Origin: a virus
Lineage: Duplodnaviria; Caudoviricetes
Direction: 5' to 3' (one strand)
Virus record (IMG/VR): IMGVR_UViG_3300016656_000168
Location: 1 to 36,252 of that record
DNA length: 36,252 nt
In this document: positions 29,159 through 36,252 of the stretch, piece after piece
How the letters are laid out: every line of letters begins with the position of its first letter
Position numbering within the stretch: the stretch's first letter is position 1
The notes under the pieces: generated by a model
Database searches by the model: none
What the model was told of the DNA's origin: nothing
What the model saw: only the letters and a program-made list of their open reading frames with translations
Position numbers and translations under genes: made by a program

Positions 29159-29484
29159 CCGAGCCGGTGCCACCAACCGACGAGACCCGCGCGTGGGCGA
29201 CCGCGTTTCGGCTGCGTCGACTCCTGCACCAGGTGCTCCCGCACCTTTCCGGTCCGGCCCGGGAGGGCGTCGCCTACGCCCTCGCGTCCCTCGAGATTGA
29301 CACGCCCGCCGACCTTGCCGCGATGGAGCAGGCCGACGCCGCCGAGATGCGGTACGTCGAGCAGATGGCGACATGGACGGACGCCCATCCGTGCGAGCCG
29401 GTCGATGTCGTAGCGGCCCGTCAGGCCCGAGACCTCGTCCTGGCCCGGCAGCGGGAGCTCATCGGCGCGGCGCCGGCCCTCTGA
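29155..29484 (+). CDS. Hypothetical protein (immunity-region accessory gene)
   Basis: 109-aa ORF convergent with the repressor operon. Confidence 0.6.
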   Translation: MTEPVPPTDETRAWATAFRLRRLLHQVLPHLSGPAREGVAYALASLEIDTPADLAAMEQADAAEMRYVEQMATWTDAHPCEPVDVVAARQARDLVLARQRELIGAAPAL

Positions 29485-29680
29485 CCCACTGGGCGTAGGT
29501 GTTGTAGGGCGCGGTGCGGCCGAAGCGCCGGGCGTGCGCCTCGATCTCCGGGTAGCGCTCTCGGACGTAGGCCTCGAAGATGGGGCTGAAGATGTCGTCG
29601 TCCTGGCCCAGGCGCCGCCGCTCCTGGCTGTACTCGGCGTAGAGCTCGCGGACGAGCAGCTTCATCGTGTAGGCGTCCAT
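29459..29680 (-). CDS. Hypothetical protein co-transcribed with the repressor
   Basis: MDAYTMKLLVRELYAEY... (73 aa), TGATG-coupled to the repressor stop. Confidence 0.68.
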   Translation of the reverse strand: MDAYTMKLLVRELYAEYSQERRRLGQDDDIFSPIFEAYVRERYPEIEAHARRFGRTAPYNTYAQWVRGPAPRR

Positions 29681-30021
29681 CAGCGTCCCACCGCCTCGAA
29701 GCTCTTGGTGAGGGTGTCGGCCACGTAGGGGTCCACGCGGGGGAGCACCTGGGCCAGTCGGAGCAAGAGGGCAAGGCGGGGTCCATCGAGCTGGGCGACG
29801 GCGCCAAGGAGCACCCCGCGGTCGGAGTCGTCCAAGCCAGTGATGTGCATCTGTCCGCGGCAGCATTCCAACCACGCCTGCAGGACCGCCGTGGTGGTGT
29901 GCCGCCGCCCGACCTCGATCGCGGACACTTGCGGTTGTTCAAGACCAACAGCCTCGGCAAGTTCGGCCTGCGTCAGTCCGCGTCGAATGCGGAGATCGCG
30001 AAGCTGTGCTCCGAGGGTCAT
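29680..30021 (-). CDS. XRE-family HTH repressor (cI-like)
   Basis: LRDLRIRRGLTQAELAEAVGLEQPQVSAIEVGRR; divergent from a second HTH gene; no S24 peptidase domain visible. Confidence 0.85.
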   Translation of the reverse strand: MTLGAQLRDLRIRRGLTQAELAEAVGLEQPQVSAIEVGRRHTTTAVLQAWLECCRGQMHITGLDDSDRGVLLGAVAQLDGPRLALLLRLAQVLPRVDPYVADTLTKSFEAVGR

Positions 30022-30080
30022 GCAAGAGACTAAGGCGCCAGACCTTGACGCTGGTTTAGTGCTCGTAGTAGTAGTGCTGC
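30022..30080. promoter_or_regulatory. Divergent cI/cro promoter-operator region
   Basis: TTGACG (30045-30050) followed by a TAGTAGT -10-like stretch; TAGTGCT at 30057 and 30072, the same half-site as in the PL region. No SD before either ATG, so possibly leaderless. Confidence 0.6.
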
Positions 30081-30326
30081 ATGTTGTCACTCGGCGCGCT
30101 TCTTCGCCAGCACCGTGAGGTCGCCGGCCTGTCGCAGGTCCAGGTGGAGGAACGGACCGGCATCACGCAGGGTCACGTGTCGGCGATCGAGCGCGGCAGC
30201 CGTGCACCGTCTCTCGATGTGTTGCGCCGGCTGATTGCTCTGTACGACGTGTCTCCCGAGGCCGCCGGGGCGCTCTTGGTCTGCCCGCCTCCGGCCCCCA
30301 CGACGCCCGCCTCCGCCGCGAGCTGA
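30081..30326 (+). CDS. XRE-family HTH protein (Cro-like)
   Basis: LRQHREVAGLSQVQVEERTGITQGHVSAIERGSRAPS. Confidence 0.85.
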   Translation: MLSLGALLRQHREVAGLSQVQVEERTGITQGHVSAIERGSRAPSLDVLRRLIALYDVSPEAAGALLVCPPPAPTTPASAAS

Positions 30327-30334
30327 CCCGTGGC

Positions 30335-30664
30335 CTATTTCTTCTCCGCCTCGAGCTTGGCACGCACCTCGGCCCGGATCCGCTCCTCCAGCTCGATTCG
30401 CTGCCGGAGGGACCGCTCCTCGGCCTCGATCTTCACCCGCAGCACGGCCTCCAGCTCGGAGGGTGCCATGGTCGCGAGTTCCTCGGCCTCCGCCTCGGCG
30501 CGCCTGTCGGGGAGAAGGAACACCACCAGCCAGCCAAGCGGCCCCAGCACGAGCCCCCACACGAATCCGCTGCCCCCCTGGCCCTTGGACTGGCCGATGG
30601 CGTACCCGCCGATCGGCGAGACGACCCAGCCAACCACGATCGCCACGCACAGCCAGTCGCCCAT
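30335..30664 (-). CDS. Membrane protein moron (2 TM plus charged coiled coil)
   Basis: IGQSKG..GFVWGLVLGPLGWLVVFLLP motif, GGAGG RBS, antisense to the operon, flanked by a 12-bp direct repeat. Confidence 0.78.
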   Translation of the reverse strand: MGDWLCVAIVVGWVVSPIGGYAIGQSKGQGGSGFVWGLVLGPLGWLVVFLLPDRRAEAEAEELATMAPSELEAVLRVKIEAEERSLRQRIELEERIRAEVRAKLEAEKK

Positions 30665-30722
30665 GTCCGCCTCCGGTCGTGGTGGCCCTTACCCCCCTGC
30701 CCTCCTTCCGGCGAGCTGACCC

Positions 30723-31013
30723 ATGCGCCTCCACCTGAAGATCCTGGCCTCGGCCCGCCGGCACCACGTCGGCGTGGACGGGGTGCCCGTCTACGACGAG
30801 ACGCTGGACCAGGCGGCCTCGCGCCTGGTGGGGGAGGCCGCGGCCGGCCGGCAGCACCTCGAGGAGCGGGCGATGCTGCTCGACGAGCTCCGCCGGACCC
30901 GCGCCGAGCTCGGACTGCTCCACCGCGACATCTTCCTCCGGGGCGCGCTGGTGGGCGGGGCGATGGTGCTGGTCGCCGCGGTGGTGGCCGCGGCCGTCCG
31001 GGCGGCGCTGTAG
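30723..31013 (+). CDS. Hypothetical protein with C-terminal TM
   Basis: 96 aa with strong codon bias. Confidence 0.62.
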   Translation: MRLHLKILASARRHHVGVDGVPVYDETLDQAASRLVGEAAAGRQHLEERAMLLDELRRTRAELGLLHRDIFLRGALVGGAMVLVAAVVAAAVRAAL

Positions 31014-31196
31014 ATGTCCCGCCGTCGCCTCTGGCCGAAGCACGCCGTGCCCGTCTCGGCGGAGTCGGTGGAGCGCCTGCGGGTGATCCTCGCCGAGTAC
31101 GGCGGGGAGTCGCGTCGTGAGCGGGAGCGTTCGCACCCCTCGAAGGTGCGAGCCGTCGACCCCACAAGCAATCCCGACTGTGTGGGGAGCCGATGA
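31014..31196 (+). CDS. Hypothetical protein
   Basis: 60 aa, abuts the upstream stop and is ATGA-coupled to the MTase. Confidence 0.5.
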   Translation: MSRRRLWPKHAVPVSAESVERLRVILAEYGGESRRERERSHPSKVRAVDPTSNPDCVGSR

Positions 31197-32614
31197 GCGG
31201 CCCGGTCTTCGTCGACCCCTTCCTCGGCGCCGGCGCGGTGTGGCTCCGGCTCGTCGGCGAGGACCTCGTCCCGCCCGTGTCCTGGATGGGCGGGAAGCGC
31301 CGTCTCGCGACCGACCTCCTGCGGCTGCTCGAGCTCCGGCCCGGCACCGCCGTTCCCTGCCTGGTCGCCGACGCCTCCTGGTGGGGCTGGGTCTGGCCGA
31401 CCGTGATGGACCCCGAGGAGGGCCCGACGGTCAGCGCCACCCTCCGCTCGTGGCGTGGCGAGGACCCCCGCCAGCTCTGGTTCCGGCTGCGCGACGAAGG
31501 CCCGATGCGCGACCGACCGGCGGCCGCGGCGCAGCTCCTCTGGTTGCAGGCGCGCGCCGCGTCCGGGGTCCCGGTGTGGTGGGAGGGGACGGAGCGGCTC
31601 CACTTCGATGCGTGGGCGGAGTACTTCGGGTGGGGCGCCACCGAGCCGGCGACTCCCGACCTCCTCGCTTCGTCCGGGGACGGCCGCGATCGTCAGCCGG
31701 CGGCGGACCGTGGCTCCAACGGGCTGCGGAAGTGGGATCCAACCCGGCGGGGGCGCACCGGTCCGGCCAACCAGGCCCATGCGCCCGAGCAGGCCCACCC
31801 ACGGTTGCTCCAAGAGGCCTCTACGCAGGTCGATGATGCAGGGCAGCGCCAGGCGCGGGACCCGCGGCTCATGGCGGGCTCGGAGGGCTCGGAGGGCTCG
31901 GAGGGCTCGCGTACCGCGAACGCGAAGGGACGCATCGGAGGACCAGGGCGGCTTCTTGCCAGCGATGGACGCGGCGATCCGAGGCCCACCGGTCAGCGAA
32001 CCACGCGGGACGATCGCCTCCTCTCCTACGGCGGCGGCGAAGGAGAGGTCTACGCGGCCGGTCCGAAGGGCTTGGGGGGCGCCGGCGGCATCGTCGACCC
32101 CGGGACCATCGCGGGGCGCCTGGACGCGGTGCGAACTCGGCTCCTGAAGGGGAGCGGGGGTCCGGCGGCGCCGGGGAAGCAGGACGGCTGGTGTGCCGCT
32201 CGAGGCTGGCGAGCGCTGGCCGTCGACGACGTCGCTGACCGGATCGACCGCGTCCGGGGGCGTGGGCTCGGCCTCGCCTCCTTCGTCCACAGGGACGCCC
32301 AGGAGCTGACCCGGATCGCCGCGCCCCAGCTCCATCGGCGGGCGCTCGTCTACCTGGACCCGCCGTACCTGGGGGCCACCGGCTACCCCGTCACCTGTCC
32401 GCGCGAGGCCGTCCTCGAGGTGGCGGACACCTGGGCCCGCCACGGAGCGCGGGTGGTCCTCTCCGAGGCCGTCGATCTCGCCCCCGACCTCGGCGCCGGC
32501 TGGACCTCGCTGCAGCTCCGCTTCGGCCCGAAGCCGGAGTGGGTCACCGTCTACGGCTGCAACGCCGCGGCCGCGCTCCTTCCGCCGCTCGCGCGCCTCT
32601 GGGGGGCGGCGTGA
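31193..32614 (+). CDS. DNA adenine methyltransferase (Dam/D12-like, rearranged)
   Basis: FVDPFLGAGAV (motif I), WMGGKRRLA (motif X), LVAD (motif II) and VYLDPPY (motif IV), with a long low-complexity insert. Confidence 0.82.
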   Translation: MSGPVFVDPFLGAGAVWLRLVGEDLVPPVSWMGGKRRLATDLLRLLELRPGTAVPCLVADASWWGWVWPTVMDPEEGPTVSATLRSWRGEDPRQLWFRLRDEGPMRDRPAAAAQLLWLQARAASGVPVWWEGTERLHFDAWAEYFGWGATEPATPDLLASSGDGRDRQPAADRGSNGLRKWDPTRRGRTGPANQAHAPEQAHPRLLQEASTQVDDAGQRQARDPRLMAGSEGSEGSEGSRTANAKGRIGGPGRLLASDGRGDPRPTGQRTTRDDRLLSYGGGEGEVYAAGPKGLGGAGGIVDPGTIAGRLDAVRTRLLKGSGGPAAPGKQDGWCAARGWRALAVDDVADRIDRVRGRGLGLASFVHRDAQELTRIAAPQLHRRALVYLDPPYLGATGYPVTCPREAVLEVADTWARHGARVVLSEAVDLAPDLGAGWTSLQLRFGPKPEWVTVYGCNAAAALLPPLARLWGAA

Positions 32615-32757
32615 TCGCGATCCCATCCTGTCGCCACCACGGAGGCGCCGATGCCCATCGGTCGTGGCTCCTCGACATCGCGCTCTCGATGGCCCTCGCC
32701 GGCCTGGTGATCCTCCTGCTGTCCGCCGGGAACGGCGGGGGAGGGCGGCCGACATGA
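32611..32757 (+). CDS. Small membrane protein
   Basis: 48 aa with hydrophobic LLDIALSMALAGLVILLLSAG; coupled at both ends. Confidence 0.5.
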   Translation: MIAIPSCRHHGGADAHRSWLLDIALSMALAGLVILLLSAGNGGGGRPT

Positions 32758-33338
32758 CGACGCACGACGCTGGGGTCCGACCTCGAAGCCTGGACGGAGG
32801 CGGGGACCCCCCTGGGTTGCGAGACCCCGGGCATTTGACCGCCCCAGCCAGCTCCCCGCCCGGGCCGTCGGGAACGGGGGCTGCTGGAAGCCCTCGAACG
32901 GTCCACCTTCCCAGGCTGGTGCGGGGTCTGGTCCGCATCGAGGACCAGCTCCTCACGGTGGCGCAGGCCTGGGAGGTCTACGTCCGCCTGGGCGAGCTCC
33001 TCGAGCACGCGGACGACACCCGCGGGGCTCCGTGGCGCGGAGTCCGCGCCTGGCTCGACGGGCACTTTCTGGGGTGCACCACGCTCGCCGTGAGCCGCCC
33101 GGGTGGGCACCTGGAGCTCGCGGCCTGCCGTCGGGAGCGCCGGGGCCTGCTCATGGCTCGCGTCGGCACCTACGAGGTGGCGCTCCTGGTCCGGCACGCC
33201 CGGATGTGGTCCGGCTACTCCGTGCGGTACTCGCCCGGCCCCCTGGGCGCGCCGAAGGCCACGCCCACGGGGCGACGCTGGCGGGTGGACCGGGCCCAGG
33301 TGGACGAGATGCCCGCGCTGGCGTGGAGGGGGGCGTGA
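32754..33338 (+). CDS. Hypothetical protein
   Basis: ATG overlapping the upstream TGA; 194 aa; coupled to the HNH gene. Confidence 0.55.
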   Translation: MTTHDAGVRPRSLDGGGDPPGLRDPGHLTAPASSPPGPSGTGAAGSPRTVHLPRLVRGLVRIEDQLLTVAQAWEVYVRLGELLEHADDTRGAPWRGVRAWLDGHFLGCTTLAVSRPGGHLELAACRRERRGLLMARVGTYEVALLVRHARMWSGYSVRYSPGPLGAPKATPTGRRWRVDRAQVDEMPALAWRGA

Positions 33339-33742
33339 GCCGCCGCCGCTCCCCGGGCAAGCGGTCGTCCGCGTGGATTCGGCCGGAGAAGCGCTGGGCG
33401 ATCTACGAGCGCGACGGCTTCCGCTGCGTCTGGTGCGGGCAGGAGCCCGACCAGCTCACCCTCGACCACCTCTTCCACCGCCGCCACCGGTGCCGGGACA
33501 ACGAAGCCCGGAGGCTGGTGACGAGCTGCGTCCACTGCAACCTGTCGCGGAAGGACCTGGGGGTCGCCGACACCCTCCGCAACATCCGGGCCCAGGGCTT
33601 CGACGTGGAGGCCACCCTGCGCCGCCTGCGGACCGCGCGGTGGGTCCCGGTGAACCGGCGGGCGGGCGCTCGGGCGCTCGCCGCGGCGCGTGCTCGTGAG
33701 GCCCAGCTCGTGGAGTCGATGCGGGGGGAGGTGGTGTGGTGA
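33335..33742 (+). CDS. HNH endonuclease
   Basis: IYERDGFRCVWCG...LTLDHL...N...LVTSCVHCN. Confidence 0.88.
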   Translation: MSRRRSPGKRSSAWIRPEKRWAIYERDGFRCVWCGQEPDQLTLDHLFHRRHRCRDNEARRLVTSCVHCNLSRKDLGVADTLRNIRAQGFDVEATLRRLRTARWVPVNRRAGARALAAARAREAQLVESMRGEVVW

Positions 33743-34671
33743 GCGGCTACATGCGTGTGCCGTCCCGCGCGTGGGACCCGGAGCACTTCCAGGCTCGGTG
33801 GACCACCGCGAGCCCGGCGCCGGCCTGGTGGGTCGGCATCGACATCGCGTGGAGCATCGACCGCGAGGAGGTCCCGTCTGCTCGGGAGGCGGGGAGGCTC
33901 TGGGGCTGCTCGAAGAGCAAGGCGTCGGAGATCATCCGCGAGGCGCTGGCGGTTCAGCTGGAATGGGAGACCCGCGCGGACAAGCGGGCGTTCCTCCAGC
34001 GGATGCTCGCACGGGGCGAGGAGCGCCCCGAGGTGCGTGGACGTTCCGTGGACAAAACGCAGACCACCGAGCCCGAGTTGCAGGGACGCGACGCGGACAC
34101 CGGGCACACGGCAAACGCCGAGAATCCACAGAACGAGCGGACACCCGGCGGCCGAAGCGTGGACGAACCGCGGACGGACGGCGGACGCCTCGTGCGCGCG
34201 TCTTCCTTTCCACCAACCGCAACCGCAACCGCAACGGGGGGATCCGCGCGCGAGGAGTCGGACCGAGAGCCGGAGCCCCCTCCGACCCCGCCCCGGGTGA
34301 TGCCCGACGACCTCGGGGCCCTGATGCCCACCCTGCGGCACGACATGCTGACCCGGCTGGTCCGCAACGTCGGGGTGGAGGAGCCGTCGCACCTGCTGGC
34401 CATGACGGTGTCGCAGCTCGCCCACTCGCCGGGGATGGGCTGGGGCCCGGCTCGGGCCGTGGAGCGGGCGCTGGCGCTGGAGGGCTGGTCGATGGCCCAG
34501 GAGCCTGCCCGGGAGCCCAGGGCGAGGGGGAGGCCTGCGGCGGCGGACCCGGCTCCGCCTCGACCGCTGGGCAGCCCTGACCCCGCGTCGCCGGACTTCG
34601 ACCCCCGCGCCCTCGAGGAGCAGATGTTCGGCCCCCTCCCTCCCTTCAACCCCGCACCCGAGGCCAAGTAG
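33739..34671 (+). CDS. Putative replication initiator (N-terminal HTH, iteron-bearing linker, C-terminal HhH/alpha-CTD-like domain)
   Basis: HTH PSAREAGRLWGCSKSKASEII, low-complexity linker with DNA repeats and TATATAT, directly upstream of a loader-like gene. Confidence 0.65.
   Translation: MSGYMRVPSRAWDPEHFQARWTTASPAPAWWVGIDIAWSIDREEVPSAREAGRLWGCSKSKASEIIREALAVQLEWETRADKRAFLQRMLARGEERPEVRGRSVDKTQTTEPELQGRDADTGHTANAENPQNERTPGGRSVDEPRTDGGRLVRASSFPPTATATATGGSAREESDREPEPPPTPPRVMPDDLGALMPTLRHDMLTRLVRNVGVEEPSHLLAMTVSQLAHSPGMGWGPARAVERALALEGWSMAQEPAREPRARGRPAAADPAPPRPLGSPDPASPDFDPRALEEQMFGPLPPFNPAPEAK
34035..34186 (+). repeat. Iteron-like repeats (putative origin of replication)
   Basis: Roughly CGYGGAC units in two triplets with an 11-bp period (starts 34035, 34046, 34057 and 34157, 34168, 34179), plus copies near 34091 and 34136. 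Confidence 0.6.
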
Positions 34672-35295
34672 ATGGCCCAGCCCGAGACGATCGACCGCCT
34701 GCTGAACGACCTGGCGGACGCCTACGCCCGGAAGCCCGAGTGGGTGCGGGCCGTGCGCGGACCGTGGCAGCGGGGCCTCGGCGGCTTCAGCGACCAGGTG
34801 GTGCTGGCGGCGAAGGAGAAGGGCCTGCGGGAGCACGAGTTCGTGCCCACCCTGAAGGCCATGGTGGGGTACTGCGAGGAGCTCGGCAAGCGGGAGGTGG
34901 TGGTCCCGCGGGGCTGCGGCCGGTGCTCCCACGGCATCGTCGACGTGGTGCGCCACGTGGACGGCCCGCGGGGCATCGTCGCCGAGGAGCTGGCCACCCG
35001 GTGCACGTGTCCGCGCGGCCAGGTCCTCTCGGCGAGCATCGCCACCTACCCGGAGCAGGTGGCCCGCTGGGAGAGCTCGGGGGCGACCCTGGCCGTCTAC
35101 GTCCACCCCACCTACGAGCAGCGCCACCCGGAGACGGTGGGGCGGCATCGGGCCTGGGACGGGCGTGGGCCCCAGCGGGGCCGAGCGCTGGTGGCGGCGA
35201 TGACCGGCGGCGTCGACCCGAACGCCCGGGAGCGCCAGCGCTACCTGGACCAGGACCGGCTCCGCGAGATGGAGGAGGCCCACGATGTCGGGTAG
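34672..35295 (+). CDS. Putative helicase loader or inhibitor-like protein with Zn ribbon
   Basis: W...L.......V.AA......FVPT pattern of G39P-like or loader N-domains, then CGRC...RCTC; follows the initiator. Confidence 0.55.
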   Translation: MAQPETIDRLLNDLADAYARKPEWVRAVRGPWQRGLGGFSDQVVLAAKEKGLREHEFVPTLKAMVGYCEELGKREVVVPRGCGRCSHGIVDVVRHVDGPRGIVAEELATRCTCPRGQVLSASIATYPEQVARWESSGATLAVYVHPTYEQRHPETVGRHRAWDGRGPQRGRALVAAMTGGVDPNARERQRYLDQDRLREMEEAHDVG

Positions 35296-35935
35296 CACCT
35301 ACGTGGTCGGCGCCGATGCGGGGGAGTCGGCGGCCTGGGCGCTGGTCGAGCGTGTGGCTGGGCACCGACCGCGCCTGGTGCGGCTGGTGGAGGTCTACGG
35401 CTCGACCGACGACCTGTGGTACCAGCGGGCCCTCCAGGGCGCCGGCGTCATCGTGGCCGTGCTCGAGGAGCTCGGCAGCGCTGCCACGGCGTGCTGGGTG
35501 GAGATGCCCCCGGCGAAGTCGCGGGCCGACCGCCGAGGGAAGCGGCACAGCCAGGCGAGCTGGATCGGCCTGGGCGAGCGGGCGGGGGCGCTGCGGATGG
35601 CCTGGCGGGCGAAGGCCGGAGCGGTGGCCGAGGGCGTCGAGCCGAGGGTGTGGTGGGCGCCGTGGCGGGGGCAGGTGCGGCGGGGCAAGGACGAGCGGGA
35701 CGCCGGGGCCCATCGCATCGTCGAGGCCGGGCGGCTCGTGGCCGGGGCGGCCGAGCGGCTCGAGCAGGTGGCGAGCTCGGCGCGGCGAGTGGACTGCGCC
35801 GAGTCCATCCTCATCGCCGGCGCCGCGGCGCTGTCCGTGCTGCCCGAGCCGGACGAGCTGCTCCGTCCGGGACGGGTGCCGGCGTGGGCCGACGACTCGG
35901 CAGTGGGTCGTCTTCGCAGGGAGCGAGCTGTATGA
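35285..35935 (+). CDS. RuvC-like Holliday junction resolvase
   Basis: VVGADAG, CWVEMP, VEPRVWW and DCAESILIA motifs. Confidence 0.75.
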   Translation: MSGSTYVVGADAGESAAWALVERVAGHRPRLVRLVEVYGSTDDLWYQRALQGAGVIVAVLEELGSAATACWVEMPPAKSRADRRGKRHSQASWIGLGERAGALRMAWRAKAGAVAEGVEPRVWWAPWRGQVRRGKDERDAGAHRIVEAGRLVAGAAERLEQVASSARRVDCAESILIAGAAALSVLPEPDELLRPGRVPAWADDSAVGRLRRERAV

Positions 35936-36249
35936 GCGTCCTGTCCGTCTACCTGTCCCAACGGCTCCGGGGTCGCGACCGGCCGGCGATGGATCGCCTG
36001 GTCGTCACGCTGGACGAGCACGCGGAGGGCCTGACCCGGGACGAGCTGCGGAGGGAGCTCGGGCTCACCTACGCGGGCGTCGTCGACCTGGTGGCCCGTG
36101 CCGAGCGATCGGGCTGGGTCGTCGCTGAGCCGCGGCGCCGTGCCGGCCTGCGGTCGGTGCTGGTGTACCGGGCGCAGGTGCCGCCCGAGCTCGCGCGGCA
36201 ACGGGGGGGTGGGGGTAACCCCCCCCCTGGGGGGGGCCGGAGTGCGTAG
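35932..36249 (+). CDS. Winged-HTH protein (possible late regulator)
   Basis: GLTRDELRRELGLTYAGVVDLVARAERSGWV wHTH pattern; last gene before the packaging genes; its stop lies inside the terminal repeat. Confidence 0.62.
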   Translation: MSVLSVYLSQRLRGRDRPAMDRLVVTLDEHAEGLTRDELRRELGLTYAGVVDLVARAERSGWVVAEPRRRAGLRSVLVYRAQVPPELARQRGGGGNPPPGGGRSA

Positions 36250-36252
36250 CTT
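36243..36252 (+). repeat. Terminal direct repeat TGCGTAGCTT, right copy
   Basis: Identical to 1-10. Confidence 0.85.

Noticed and set aside
30330-30719. Plus-strand 129-aa ORF as a functional protein
   Set aside because: The Ser/Arg/Pro-rich product is the antisense of a convincing membrane-protein gene. It is kept only as a possible translational-coupling bridge.

Overview
The window looks like a complete or circularly permuted temperate siphovirus-like phage genome of about 36.2 kb with very high GC. The first 10 nt (TGCGTAGCTT) are repeated exactly as the last 10 nt. Gene order is: packaging (putative terS, terL, portal), head (scaffold, major capsid), neck and tail (tube, chaperone with a likely -1 frameshift, HK97 gp10-like, tape measure, two large tail proteins), lysis (membrane proteins, NlpC/P60 endolysin), putative attP with tyrosine integrase and Xis-like gene, a leftward early operon (ASCH fragment, Zn-finger, ParB-like, Zn-finger/coiled-coil), a cI/cro-like switch, and a rightward operon (Dam-family methyltransferase, HNH, replication initiator with iterons, helicase-loader-like, RuvC-like, wHTH). 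The ultra-short LAAC lipoprotein signal and Cys-rich exported proteins suggest a Myxococcota-like host (inference only). The most striking observation is that the N-terminal segment of the tape measure protein occurs three times: in the TMP, as a stand-alone 62-aa gene inside the lysis cassette, and grafted into an early protein, which suggests TMP mimics or decoys. Other oddities: a Dam-like MTase with motifs I and X swapped, an exact 67-bp piece of the ParB gene inside an ASCH gene, an RNAP alpha-CTD-like domain on the initiator, and an inverted membrane-protein moron bounded by a 12-bp direct repeat. All protein calls come from motif recognition and synteny; no database searches were run.
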